DNA from: Tubiluchus corallicola
Taxonomy: Eukaryota > Animalia > Priapulida
NCBI GenBank assembly: GCA_030141605.1
Contig: JAQGDQ010001329.1
Coordinates: 1 to 47,032, forward strand
Reading direction: 5' to 3'
Length of the DNA: 47,032 nt
A program made the position numbers and the translations under genes. The first letter of the stretch is position 1; every line of letters starts with the position of its first letter. Positions 37,791-47,032 of this stretch are shown here, in pieces. Under the pieces are notes generated by a model. The model did not search any database, had not been told where the DNA came from, and saw nothing but the letters and a program-made list of their open reading frames with translations.

Positions 37791-38189
37791 TACAAGAATT
37801 AAGCAGCGATTTAGATGTACTGTTATAATTCATTATCCTTTAAGATGTAAGCACGACTTTCAGTTTTGAATGGGATGAAATCGATGTGAAGTCCTGCAGA
37901 TTCCAAGTTGGTAACCACAGCAAGATTTATATTGTTTTTCCGTTATCTTCCCTGTTCTAGGGCAGTATAAAAAACAGTGAGTTTAAATAATATTATGTAT
38001 CCAGTGCAAAATTTCGTCTGGCCAGTATAATAATATTGTTACGTCTGGGATTTTTGACTTGTTTGGATCAATGGTTCCTGCAGGCGAGCTCGTGCATTCT
38101 GATGGATGCAGGTCGATGGTTCTTCCAGGCGAGCTTCTCACTTCAATAAAAACACGAAGTAAACTTTATTCAACCCACAAAATTCCTAA

Positions 38190-38560
38190 TATTATTCCAA
38201 AACAAGGTACCATAAAAAATTCTCCAAACAAGCTTAATCATGTAAAAGAATTATCAAAGAAAAATTATTACACCCAACTTCTAAAGGAAAAAATAAGATG
38301 TAAAAGATATGGAATAGCCTCATATCCAGTGAAAGACAGCAGCATGCAATACTCTATAAAGTAAATAATAATGGACATAATATGACTTGATGAATCATCA
38401 CTTTGCTTCTGTTGGTTCAGAAATAACTAAAAAAATTCCACATGCAAAAATGAATTTCGCTGCTTTTTTTACCACTTATTAAAACAGTTCCTTCTAAATG
38501 ACGCTTGTAACAGATATATATAATGTCCTTATTTGCCATAAAAAATAACGATTACAAACA
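38190..38560 (+). mobile_element. CR1-group LINE fragment (EN-RT linker)
   Basis: LNHVKELSKKNYYTQLL and LMNHHFASVGSEITKKIP match K..YY...L and N.YF.SVG..L...IP. Confidence 0.65.
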
Positions 38561-40241
38561 TTGCACAATGCATTAAAGTCATTCAGTGTACCTAAAAATT
38601 TAGACTGTTAGCTAAAGATACAAGTGCAACGTAGTTCATAAAACACAAGCATATAAAATAAAGATAAAATCACAGTACAAGATAAAATGTACAAGCACAA
38701 GCACACTGATTACCCATACATGTTGATAATGACAATAGCACATACACAAACATACATGATCATCAAGTATGCATTAAAATTACATGCACGAATCAAAAGT
38801 TTTTTTTTCATTCTTATATGAAGGCAAAATAAATAATAATGTAAATGACTCGTTTTCATTTATGTACGTTAATATTTTTTTTTAAATTTGGTATAATTGG
38901 TTCAATTTTATCACACTCCGCTGCTACCACGTTTTTGAAAACGACGCAATACTTACACATGCAGGTGCACAGAAAAATTACTACTTCAAATAATAATTAC
39001 GTTACAACTTCGGTAAGACCTAAAATGTGAAACAGTTTACTAATAAGGAGAGGAAAAATCCACAATATTTCCCATAAAATTTTGACAAAAAATACTTTAA
39101 GTAAAAGTTGGGTATCTGTAATAGAAGTGTCCTGACCTGTGGGTTAGGTTTAGGGAAACTGAAATAAATAACAATGTGTGGTTGTATTGTATTGCAAGTA
39201 TTGCAAGCAGATTTTTTTATACATTTTTCCAGAAATTTTAAAAATTGAAAAACTCACGAACAACTTTGAATGCCGCAAAACAAATAGTAAACTATAAATA
39301 CTCCTATATAATACATTTTCATTGAAATATCTTTGAATTTTAGTCACATTAGTAATTAAAATAAGAATTATCACTCAAAAGTCAACAATTCAGTATAAAA
39401 AATATTACTTAAAGTATTTCTACTCTTTTACGAGAAAGAGTTTAGATGCTTTTTTCTTTATTAGCCTTTATACTTTATACTTATAATCTTTAAACTTATA
39501 CATATTTATATTTTCACACTTAAGCACTCATCGAAGTAACACATAATCGCTAATTGAGGTATTATTTCACGTGTTTTAAACTGATGCATATACACTGCAT
39601 TAACAGGTCACATCAGAAACTTAAAACCTTTCCTAAAAGGTGAATCCTTAAGGATATTTTTCTGTTGACGCATTTATGTGGTCAGTTTTCAAAAAAAATT
39701 TTAAGAGCATTTTGTAAGAGCATTTTTATATGAGCAAAATCTTCTTAGAGTATGCTTTTTCAAGCTCCACAATAGTTCATACGTTCAGTAAGAATCCATT
39801 TAATTTATTTTAATCTATCGTTTTTCCTAACTCTTATCTTGGTATCTTTTTCCAGGTCTGACGTATTTGCAAAATTGTGAATTTGTCGAAATACATTTCA
39901 TTACTTCACAAACATGCAGGAACCTATTCATTCGTGCTTATTATTTCACAACAAACCGTTACATACTTTACCGAGGCTCTAAAGAGTTATTGTGTCAAAC
40001 ATTTACAATAGCATTTGTTCAAACAATCATGTTTGTTACACACGAATTTGTGTTTACACATTGGATTTGAGCTATTTTGCACAAATGTGAAAAATCTTTC
40101 ATGTTATTTTCAGTCTTTTAATAAACTTTTCCGCATTTTTCAAAATTTATTTTGTTGCTCTTCTTCTGGCACCTCTCACTGTGGGCTCTCAATGATAAGA
40201 CATGATAATGATTTGACATGATAAGAGTAAAGTCTATTAAG

Positions 40242-40600
40242 TGTGGTACAGTGGAAAGTACGTTGTGTGTAGCTGTTTATGAACGTTTGAGTAATGGCAA
40301 AGCTATTAAGACTTTATTTGCGAAATCACTATTAAATAACATCACAATAAACATAATATATAGATAGCAGTGCCAAGGCACCTGATCTACGAGAGACGTC
40401 CTGCTTGCAGGTGTGAACTACAACCCAGCTCTCCTGCTGGCTGATGTCGATGTCTTATATATGAGCTGCATGCGCAGCCTGACAAGTGGGTCAGCTCTCA
40501 AGCACGCCGTCACGTGGTACCACTCCTTAAGCTCTCCTTATTTGGCTGGCTTCAATAAGACTCTTCTTAACATAATTATTTAATATGTAGTATATTTTAA
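40242..40600 (-). mobile_element. Solo-LTR-like dispersed repeat, copy 3
   Basis: See copies 1 and 2; begins tgtgg, carries ttatatat at ~40455. Confidence 0.5.
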
Positions 40601-40922
40601 CAGGTTTTCTTTACTGTAAGCACTCTTTTGGCAAAGGAGATTAAATTTTGGTAATTTCAGTTAATAATCTGTTAGTCCTAGTGGCACAGCTCATTTGAAG
40701 CATGTTGTTCATAGGAATAGCTATAACTTTCAATAATTAACATCATTAACATGATTCTGCTCGGATCATTTGTGATTACAATCCGGTACTTTTAACTCAA
40801 TTGAAGTATTTTGCCATTCTTTTAATGGTGCTCCAGGGTGGTGATTTAATTTAAAAAACTTTATATTCTGTAGACATTCTTATCTGCATTTGCTTTTCAT
40901 CTCTTCTTAGCATTCGCTGGGG

Positions 40923-41610
40923 AGTAGTGTGTATGTTACACCTCTGGTCCATAGGCCACGCCCCATTTGGCTGCCCGGGGGGGTGGGGACAAAAACACCC
41001 CTAAAAAAATGCGAAAATCCGCGAACACCCCTAAAAAAGTGTGAAAAAAAGTGTGAAAGTGCCCGAAACCGTGCACGTGACCGAAATCGAATAAAAAGCG
41101 TGAAAAACAAAGAAAAACAAAGAAAAAGCGTGTGAAACGAGGGGAAAATTTTGCAGTTTTTCCCCTCCCACATGGCTTCACTTGGATCAAATGACCTTGA
41201 ACTCTAGGTCACGTGACCAAAGTTCATTGACCCCTAGATGGCTTCTTTTTTTGACACTCCATTTTAAACCGCGCGAAAGCGTGTGAAAGCGTGTAAAAGT
41301 GTGTGAAAGTGTGTGAAACGAGGTAAAAAGCGCCTCAAACAAAGAAAAAGGGAGAAGTGGAGTTCCCGCCGAGGACTAATTAGTGCTAATTAGCGCTAAT
41401 TGGGGAGTCCGCTGCCACCCCTCCGTCGCGTGCAAACGTCCGTCCCGGGGGTCGGGACCCCCCTGCAACCCACCCCTCCATCGCGTGGAATCGTCCGCTG
41501 CAGGCAATGAGGGAAATCTTTTTCCCACCACTCACACAGTGCCGGTCTTTTTCCGCAACCACTTCTCTCTTGGGTGCCGGCCCTTTCCCACGACCACTAC
41601 TCTCTGGGGT
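40923..41610 (+). repeat. Probable Maverick terminal inverted repeat region with sub-terminal short repeats
   Basis: AGTAGT start; repeated aacacccctaaaaa x2, gtgtgaaa many, gtgtgaaacgagg x2, cacgtgacc x2, aacaaagaaaaa x3. Partner TIR not in window, so inner boundary is a guess. Confidence 0.6.
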
Positions 41611-41614
41611 TTAG

Positions 41615-41615
<1 letters not shown>

Positions 41616-41661
<46 letters not shown>
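41616..41661 (+). repeat. (TG)23 microsatellite
   Basis: Perfect dinucleotide run. Confidence 0.98.
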
Positions 41662-41662
<1 letters not shown>

Positions 41663-41863
41663 AGATTTATTTCAAACGCCAAAGTTCGATAAATGCATTT
41701 TCACAAATCTTTTTTTATTGATAGATTACAAAAAAATTTTTTTTACATTTTTTTATGCAAAATACATACGTGCTAAAACTAGATTATTATTATGGTGACA
41801 TGATAGTTCTACATTTTACGTTTTTTTCGCAAATTACACAAATTACGCAAATTACAGTAAAAA

Positions 41864-42459
41864 CTACACTAATGACGACGACGACGAGCGAGTACATAGG
41901 TTGTCGTCGTCGTCGTCGATGTGATACAGGCAAACGTTATTGTTGTTAAAAACGAATTCGTTAAATTTGCGGAAAACGCGAGAGAAATCCTCGACGTTTG
42001 TCCCGCCCATCATTATCATGCTTCCGGTGTGAAAAATGTTCAGAGTAATTTGCTCGCATTTACAAGTAAATTGGGAAATAGTTCCACTTCGTAAAACACT
42101 TCTCTAAAAGAATGCGTCGAAGGACGAACGAGTTCTTCGTACAGTGCACCCAGTTTCAATCTGCAGCGAATTTTGGCTCTGGCGGTGATGGTGCGAATTG
42201 CGATCCCGTCGGCGGGCATCAGTCCGAGACCTTTCGAGAGTTCTTCGATCGCATTTCGTAGTACTTTTTCCTCAGAAAAACCATTGGCCACCATGGAGCC
42301 GGAGGCAAAAATCATCAGCGTCCCGCCCAGTCGCTTTAGCAGAAGCATTTGCGGTTTCCTTTCGTAGCGTCTTCTGCCCGTTCTCCGTCGGAGTTCGTTC
42401 AGATCGAAGCGCTGCAAGAACGAAGCCGTGGCGACGATGTTGACCGTTTGGACTGACAC
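41864..42459 (-). pseudogene. TATA-box-binding-protein-like domain (both TBP repeats), single -1 frameshift at ~42050
   Basis: Repeat 1 VNIVATA...FDL...YE...LLLKR..GTLMIFASGSMVANG; repeat 2 LKLGALY...YEVELFPNL, continuing after the shift as ITLNIFHTGSMIMMGG...to TAG at 41866-41864. Confidence 0.85.
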
Positions 42460-42984
42460 GTTAGAACGTAGTTGGCAATCGTTTTGGACGCCCGAATTGC
42501 TCTGCCTCGTCCGTTGCTCTGCCAACGTATGGCGGGCGGCGGGCGGCAGGTGCTCGCTTTCCAGATCCTCTACGCGTATGACCACGCGATTTTTGGGGAG
42601 ATGTTTTTTGACGAAATCGTACATCTCTGCTCCCTTGACATAGGTGATCCTGCCTCTGGTGGTCTGTCGTAGAATGTTTTCCAATTCTGCGTACTCGATC
42701 ATTCCCTCCTCCCACGAGATGCCGTGTATGTGTCTGATTAGGTAGTTGTAGGTGGATCGCTTGTGCTGGGGAGAGACTTGATTTTTCGAAGGTGTATTTT
42801 TTATGACCTTGTTGGGGGCACTCTTGCGTGCGTTGGCACGCTTGCAGCCCCGCGTCCCCGGTTGTTGTTGTTGCTTGCGAGGAATGGTGGTTAGAGGTTG
42901 TTTGAAATCCTGCAGTGGTTGTTTATAATCCTGCAAGAGAAGAAGAAGAACAATAGTTATAGTATTGTTGTTCGCTAACGACAA
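42460..42984 (-). CDS. Maverick-associated conserved domain of unknown function, in frame with the TBP-like domain
   Basis: NYLIRHIHGISWEEGMIEYAELENIL...ITYVKGAEM..FV...VEDL fits an HG+.W..G...Y..L..IL...IYVKG.EK motif I recall from invertebrate Polinton ORFs; no ATG at the ORF start. Confidence 0.5.
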
Positions 42985-43929
42985 CTAGGCATTTTTGATG
43001 AGCCATTCTTTCAGATTTCTAGGTTTTTTGGGGGCAGAGGGTGCAGTGGGGGTGAGCACCATCGGCGGCGATGGAGGGGGCGTCGCGGAAATTACGAGTT
43101 TGTCTTCTTCTTCTTCATCATCTTTCTCCTCTTCCTCCTCCTCCTCTCGAAAGATGTCCATTCGTGTCCCTCTCTCGCGTCTGCTTTTACACGGAGGGGC
43201 GGAGGTGCCGACGTCGACGACATTGCCGGCAGACTTCTTTCCGCCCAGTTTGTTCAGTTCCACACGTACCCGTCTTCTCGTATCTGCTCCTTTCAATATT
43301 CTGCGTCCCATTCTACCGATGATGACGCACTGTCCATTTAGCAGACTTCCATCTCTAATGGACACTCCCTCGATGCAGAGGAAACCTTGCCAAACTGTCA
43401 TTCTACGGCGCGGCGACAACTGACATTCGTAGTATTCGTCGTCGTCCTCTATTTTGTCTATCTCCCCCTGTAGTTTTTCGTATTCTTCCAGATGGAGGTT
43501 GATGCCGGGTTTGGTCGGAACGAGCGTGGCGACGTCACCGCTGTCCTCATATTTCCTCTTCACTTTTTCGACCGCCCGTCTGAGACCTATGCTGGGATGC
43601 GTTGCCCATTTGCTGATCAACACGTAGGTCTGCCCGCACAGAAATATGGCACCGGGATGCCGTTGACGTTGATACTTTGCCCTCGTCCAGTAGTGTGACG
43701 TTTTCACGGCTATGATCATCCTATCGATTAATTCCGATTCCAGCAGCGCCTGCACGGCCTCCTGACTCAACTCAAAATTTTGCTCGGGAAAGATGAAGAG
43801 CGGTCTAGAGTTTGCTATCATGAAAGATGTTCTGGCAGACAGTTGTATTTCAAAATCCGTATAAGATATCTCCTCATTCATGGCAGTCAGAATTTCTTCT
43901 TGTTTACGTACGGGTTTGCCATATTCCAT
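42985..43929 (-). CDS. PC4/p15(Sub1)-like ssDNA-binding/coactivator domain protein with acidic, Pro-rich tail
   Basis: YVLISKWATHPSIGLRR...LVPTKPGINLHLEEYEKLQGEIDKI matches PC4 YV.V..F.G...IDIR...P.KKGISL..EQW..L; open from ATG 43929 to TAG; tail EEEEEEKDDEEEED, PPPSPP, PKKPR. Confidence 0.7.
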   Translation of the reverse strand: MEYGKPVRKQEEILTAMNEEISYTDFEIQLSARTSFMIANSRPLFIFPEQNFELSQEAVQALLESELIDRMIIAVKTSHYWTRAKYQRQRHPGAIFLCGQTYVLISKWATHPSIGLRRAVEKVKRKYEDSGDVATLVPTKPGINLHLEEYEKLQGEIDKIEDDDEYYECQLSPRRRMTVWQGFLCIEGVSIRDGSLLNGQCVIIGRMGRRILKGADTRRRVRVELNKLGGKKSAGNVVDVGTSAPPCKSRRERGTRMDIFREEEEEEEKDDEEEEDKLVISATPPPSPPMVLTPTAPSAPKKPRNLKEWLIKNA

Positions 43930-44544
43930 CACCGTCAAAGACACGTGCTTCCCCCTAGTGAGTTTTTCGTAGCGGGTTCGTAGTTAGATCGTCGCCGAAA
44001 GTGAACCTACGAATAAAAGGTCAAAAAATTTTTTAACACGCTCCTGCCCCCTGATGCTAAATAAAACAGGAAAAACAACGTTTCGGTATTCGAAAAGCTA
44101 GAAAAATAATAATGAACATTTACTCACCTGATACACCTCGTCTAAGGATGAAAGCGATGTTGACAAATCGTGTGTCAGAGGATACACCAAGGCGTCATTC
44201 TCCATCATTAACATATAGCGATGTTTTTTCGTCGTCCACGGATGTATGTGCTATCGCTGTGTCGCTCGAGACACTTGTGTCATCCCCCGTCAAAACACCC
44301 CATTATATGGCCGCTCTCTTCCGGTTGACGTCACCCAATGGTCGTTTGCCGTTAACAATACCTCAAGCGTGAATGACGCAGCGTCTGTTCACTCTACCGT
44401 TTTTCCCACCAAACCGTCACGATGCATATCTATTGTGAAAAAAACACGCTGTTTGAACACGTTCGAGTGGGCTAACCGTTTTTTTCTGTACACATTGCGG
44501 TATTTTTATTCTTATTTTGATAAAAAATTTATAAAGGAAGGTAG

Positions 44545-44761
44545 ATTACCTACAGAATTTAAACGGGGTACGACGCTCTTTGGATTTAACCTATCTCCAG
44601 ATCAAAGCCTGGTTGGACATCGCCAAGGCGATAAAGGCGGTCAAGTACGTATCGAATTGAAATTTGCACAAGCATTACCACACACCGTAAATGTGGTGGT
44701 CATGGCAGTATTTGATGCCAAAATCGAGATAACAAAATTACTTGACGTCATAACACTATAA
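44545..44761 (+). pseudogene. Maverick major capsid protein (double jelly-roll), C-terminal ~70 aa only
   Basis: EFKRGTTLFGFNLSPD...GQVRIELKFAQALPHTVNVVVMAVFDAKIEI matches G..LFAFDL.PD...G..R+E..F..AL...V.......F...IEI. Confidence 0.85.
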
Positions 44762-44862
44762 TGTTAACGTTAACAGTACTCGTGTCGACGACGGCATCGG
44801 CAATAGCTGCAGCAGCGACACCATTTTTATCTATGGTTAGTTCTTTAAGGACGATGACAGGA

Positions 44863-45366
44863 ATGAACACCCTTCAATTGGAAGACTTCATGCAAAAACG
44901 CGCCCCTCCCGCAGTGAAACATCGATTTTGAGGGGTTTATTCGTCTTCTGAATTACTGGAGAGTGTCACAGTGAATGAACTCCCTGCTAGCTATATTGTC
45001 AACACTCAACCCAGCAATTTACCGGGCGAACACTGGGTGGCGCTCTATTTAGAGACCTCTGGTCGTGGAGAGTTATTCGATTCCTACGGATTGGCACCCA
45101 CCTATAGAATTAGGAAATTTTTAAATAAAAATTGTAGAGGGAAATGGACTTACAACACGAAAGCATTACAATCACCCATCCTTCCTTGTTGCGGAGCGTA
45201 CGCTTTATGGTTTTGTTGTAGACGACCTTATTACGACTCTCTACAGCAGCTGGTGTGTAATTTCCAGCCATTGTTCCTAGACAGAGAAGTGGTGTTGATG
45301 AAGCATCTATTTTCCATCGATGGCGATGATGATGATGATGATCGCTATAAACCACATCGCCGTTGA
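44863..45366 (+). pseudogene. Adenain-like (adenovirus-type) cysteine protease with premature stop
   Basis: MNTLQL...F*GVY (TGA 44929-44931), YIVNTQPSNLPGEHWVAL (His), FDSYG (Asp), LQ...CCGAY (Gln, Cys). In-frame ATG at 44761 overlaps the capsid TAA. Confidence 0.92.
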
Positions 45367-45519
45367 TGGTGATGGTGACGAGAACGACAACGGCGACGAC
45401 GATGATGATGATGATGATTGAGTTGATGATTACAATGAATTTAATCACGTTGGCGACATCGTGCATGCTTACATTTGTGTACGTTTCACTAATCTCTGTT
45501 TGTATATATCCCCCCTTGG

Positions 45520-45725
45520 GGTTATGTGTCGGCAAAGTAAGGTTTCACTTGCTCCTTTTTGATGCTACAAATAGCTCCCCCTTGGGGGGTTGTGCTCCCC
45601 CGTTGGGGGGTTATGCTCCCCCTCTTGGTGTTGCGTCTCGGCAAAGTAAGGTCTCACTTGCTCCTTTTGATGCTACATATAGCTCCCCCCTTGGGGAGGC
45701 TTGTGCTCTCCCTGGGGGGGTTATG
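45520..45725 (+). repeat. ~110-bp-period direct repeat with cccc-ttgggg palindromic motifs
   Basis: cggcaaagtaaggt(t/c)tcacttgctccttttgatgctaca(a/t)atagctccccc at 45530 and 45640. Confidence 0.9.
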
Positions 45726-46077
45726 TTCCCTTTTAAATTTTAATTTGATAATGCTTATTATTTTTGTATTAGTCTTTTTTATTAATGTTAATTCTAGTAT
45801 ACTAGTATTCTAAACACTGATGTGAATGCAAAAACAAATTCTTCAGACTGTAATAAACATCAATAGGTGTCGTTAATTTCCAATGAAAGCTTTAGCCATA
45901 TAAATTGTTCAAACGTTGATATGCTGTATGCTAGCATCATCTAGCAGTGAATGCGTGGCTAGTTCGCATAATGGCGCCACTTGTTCATACTTTCCAGTGA
46001 AATATAATGCTCCTATGTTGTTCTGTAATGCATGACGGCACTAGCTATGTTTTCTATGCGTATTATAATACATTAGT

Positions 46078-46482
46078 GGAAAAATAAAAATTTTAGATTA
46101 CATTTTTAATGTTAATTTCTTTTCAAGCTTGTTGCATTTGTGAAAAATAAAAATTATATATTACATTTGAAAAAATAAAAATTATATTTAGATTACAAGC
46201 TTTTAATGTTAAATTTCTTTTCAAGCTTGTTGCATATGTGAAAAATAAAAATTAAATATATAAAGCCATGTGAAAGAATAAAAATTATTTTTTAAAACAC
46301 TTTATTAGCAACAACAACACTTTTTAAAACAACTTATTAAAAAATACTTTAAAACATCATAAGTAACAACAATACACTCTTAACAACAATACAGTCTTTT
46401 TATGACATGGGAATGATTGCATACTATATTAAACAGCATCACCAACATGGGAATGATTGCATACTATATTTAACAGCATCAG
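46078..46482 (+). repeat. AT-rich local duplications in the convergent intergenic region
   Basis: ttttaatgttaa(a)tttcttttcaagcttgttgcat.tgtgaaaaataaaaatt twice; acatgggaatgattgcatactatatt.aacagcatca twice (46405, 46446). Confidence 0.85.
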
Positions 46483-46667
46483 CAACAGCATTAAAACATC
46501 ATTTACTAACAACAATACTTTAAAGCATCATATAGTAGCTTCATACAATGTACTTTTCTCACAATGGAGGTGGGATTGCAACATTTCAAACAGACTACAG
46601 ACTGTTACATAAATACAATATTTAGCCGGTTGGATCGTGTCCCTCCCTCCCTCTAACATATTTGTTG

Positions 46668-47032
46668 TCATAGAATAACACTATCATCATCGTCATCATC
46701 AACATCATCATCAGCACAGATATTGACAACAGTTACGTTAGCAGGACCGTGAAAAGGTTGATTTTCGACGGGAGGAGCGACACTAGAAACAAAAGGTTTT
46801 GTCTGGTCTACTAAATAATGTCCGTATGGAACGCTGAAATTTTTTGACAGCCAGCATCTTTTATCGTCAAAAAAAGATAGCGATCTTTTGGAAGAACGTT
46901 TAGTGTATATGTGATGTCGTTGCGATGTGAAGCGAATTGTGTCGTGTGTCTGTTCCACCTGCTCTGTAAAGGCACGCTCAAAATCTTCGTGAGTTATTTG
47001 TTTTGAAATTGTGCGCCTATCGTAAAGCTTTA
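46668..47032 (-). CDS. Protein-primed family B DNA polymerase (pPolB), C-terminus; 5' part outside window
   Basis: Open from window edge: RRTISKQITHEDF...IRFTSQRHHIYTKRSSKRSLSFFDDKRCWL....SVPYGH, the I.S..H.+YT....K..LS..DDKR...P.GH tail of Polinton pPolB. Confidence 0.88.
   Translation of the reverse strand, partial: KLYDRRTISKQITHEDFERAFTEQVEQTHDTIRFTSQRHHIYTKRSSKRSLSFFDDKRCWLSKNFSVPYGHYLVDQTKPFVSSVAPPVENQPFHGPANVTVVNICADDDVDDDDDDSVIL

Larger units (their letters stand above)
40923..47032. mobile_element. Maverick/Polinton (adintovirus-like) endogenous element, one arm, decaying, runs off the window
   Basis: Abrupt GC/CpG rise beginning at AGTAGT (typical Polinton terminus); intronless tightly packed ORFs; capsid C-terminus, adenain protease and pPolB C-terminus. 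Confidence 0.93.

Noticed and set aside
40907-41798. ORFs in the Maverick terminal region
   Set aside because: Arise from sub-terminal repeats and the TG microsatellite.
41874-41917. 14-bp (GAC)n/(GTC)n hairpin as a terminator
   Set aside because: Lies within the restored TBP tail coding DDDDD and SSSSS; trinucleotide runs common in this element explain it.
42173-43983. Plus-strand ORFs over the TBP/PC4 region
   Set aside because: Antisense shadows of GC-rich minus-strand genes with no motifs.

Overview
AT-rich eukaryotic, very probably animal (invertebrate) genomic DNA; species cannot be determined from sequence alone. Three layers: (1) 4.3-32.5 kb holds a dense cluster of Golgi-type glycan-building genes from five unrelated families (an intact intronless GT-A glycosyltransferase, a 3-exon B4GAT1/GT49-like gene, an EXTL/GT64 fragment, a CHST/Sulfotransfer_2 gene plus a decayed paralog, a GT31 galactosyltransferase-like gene), most carrying frameshifts or stops, with no other host protein genes recognised; (2) many TE relics (a TIR element filled with a 57-bp minisatellite, RTE/L2/CR1 LINE fragments, a Tc1 DD34E transposase abutting a 49-bp array, solo-LTR-like repeats, a dispersed ~19-bp satellite); (3) from 40923 to the window end, one arm of a decaying Maverick/Polinton (AGTAGT terminus, capsid C-terminus, adenain protease, pPolB C-terminus) whose terminal accessory block encodes a TATA-binding-protein-like and a PC4-like protein side by side. 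All family calls come from motif recognition by eye, not database searches.
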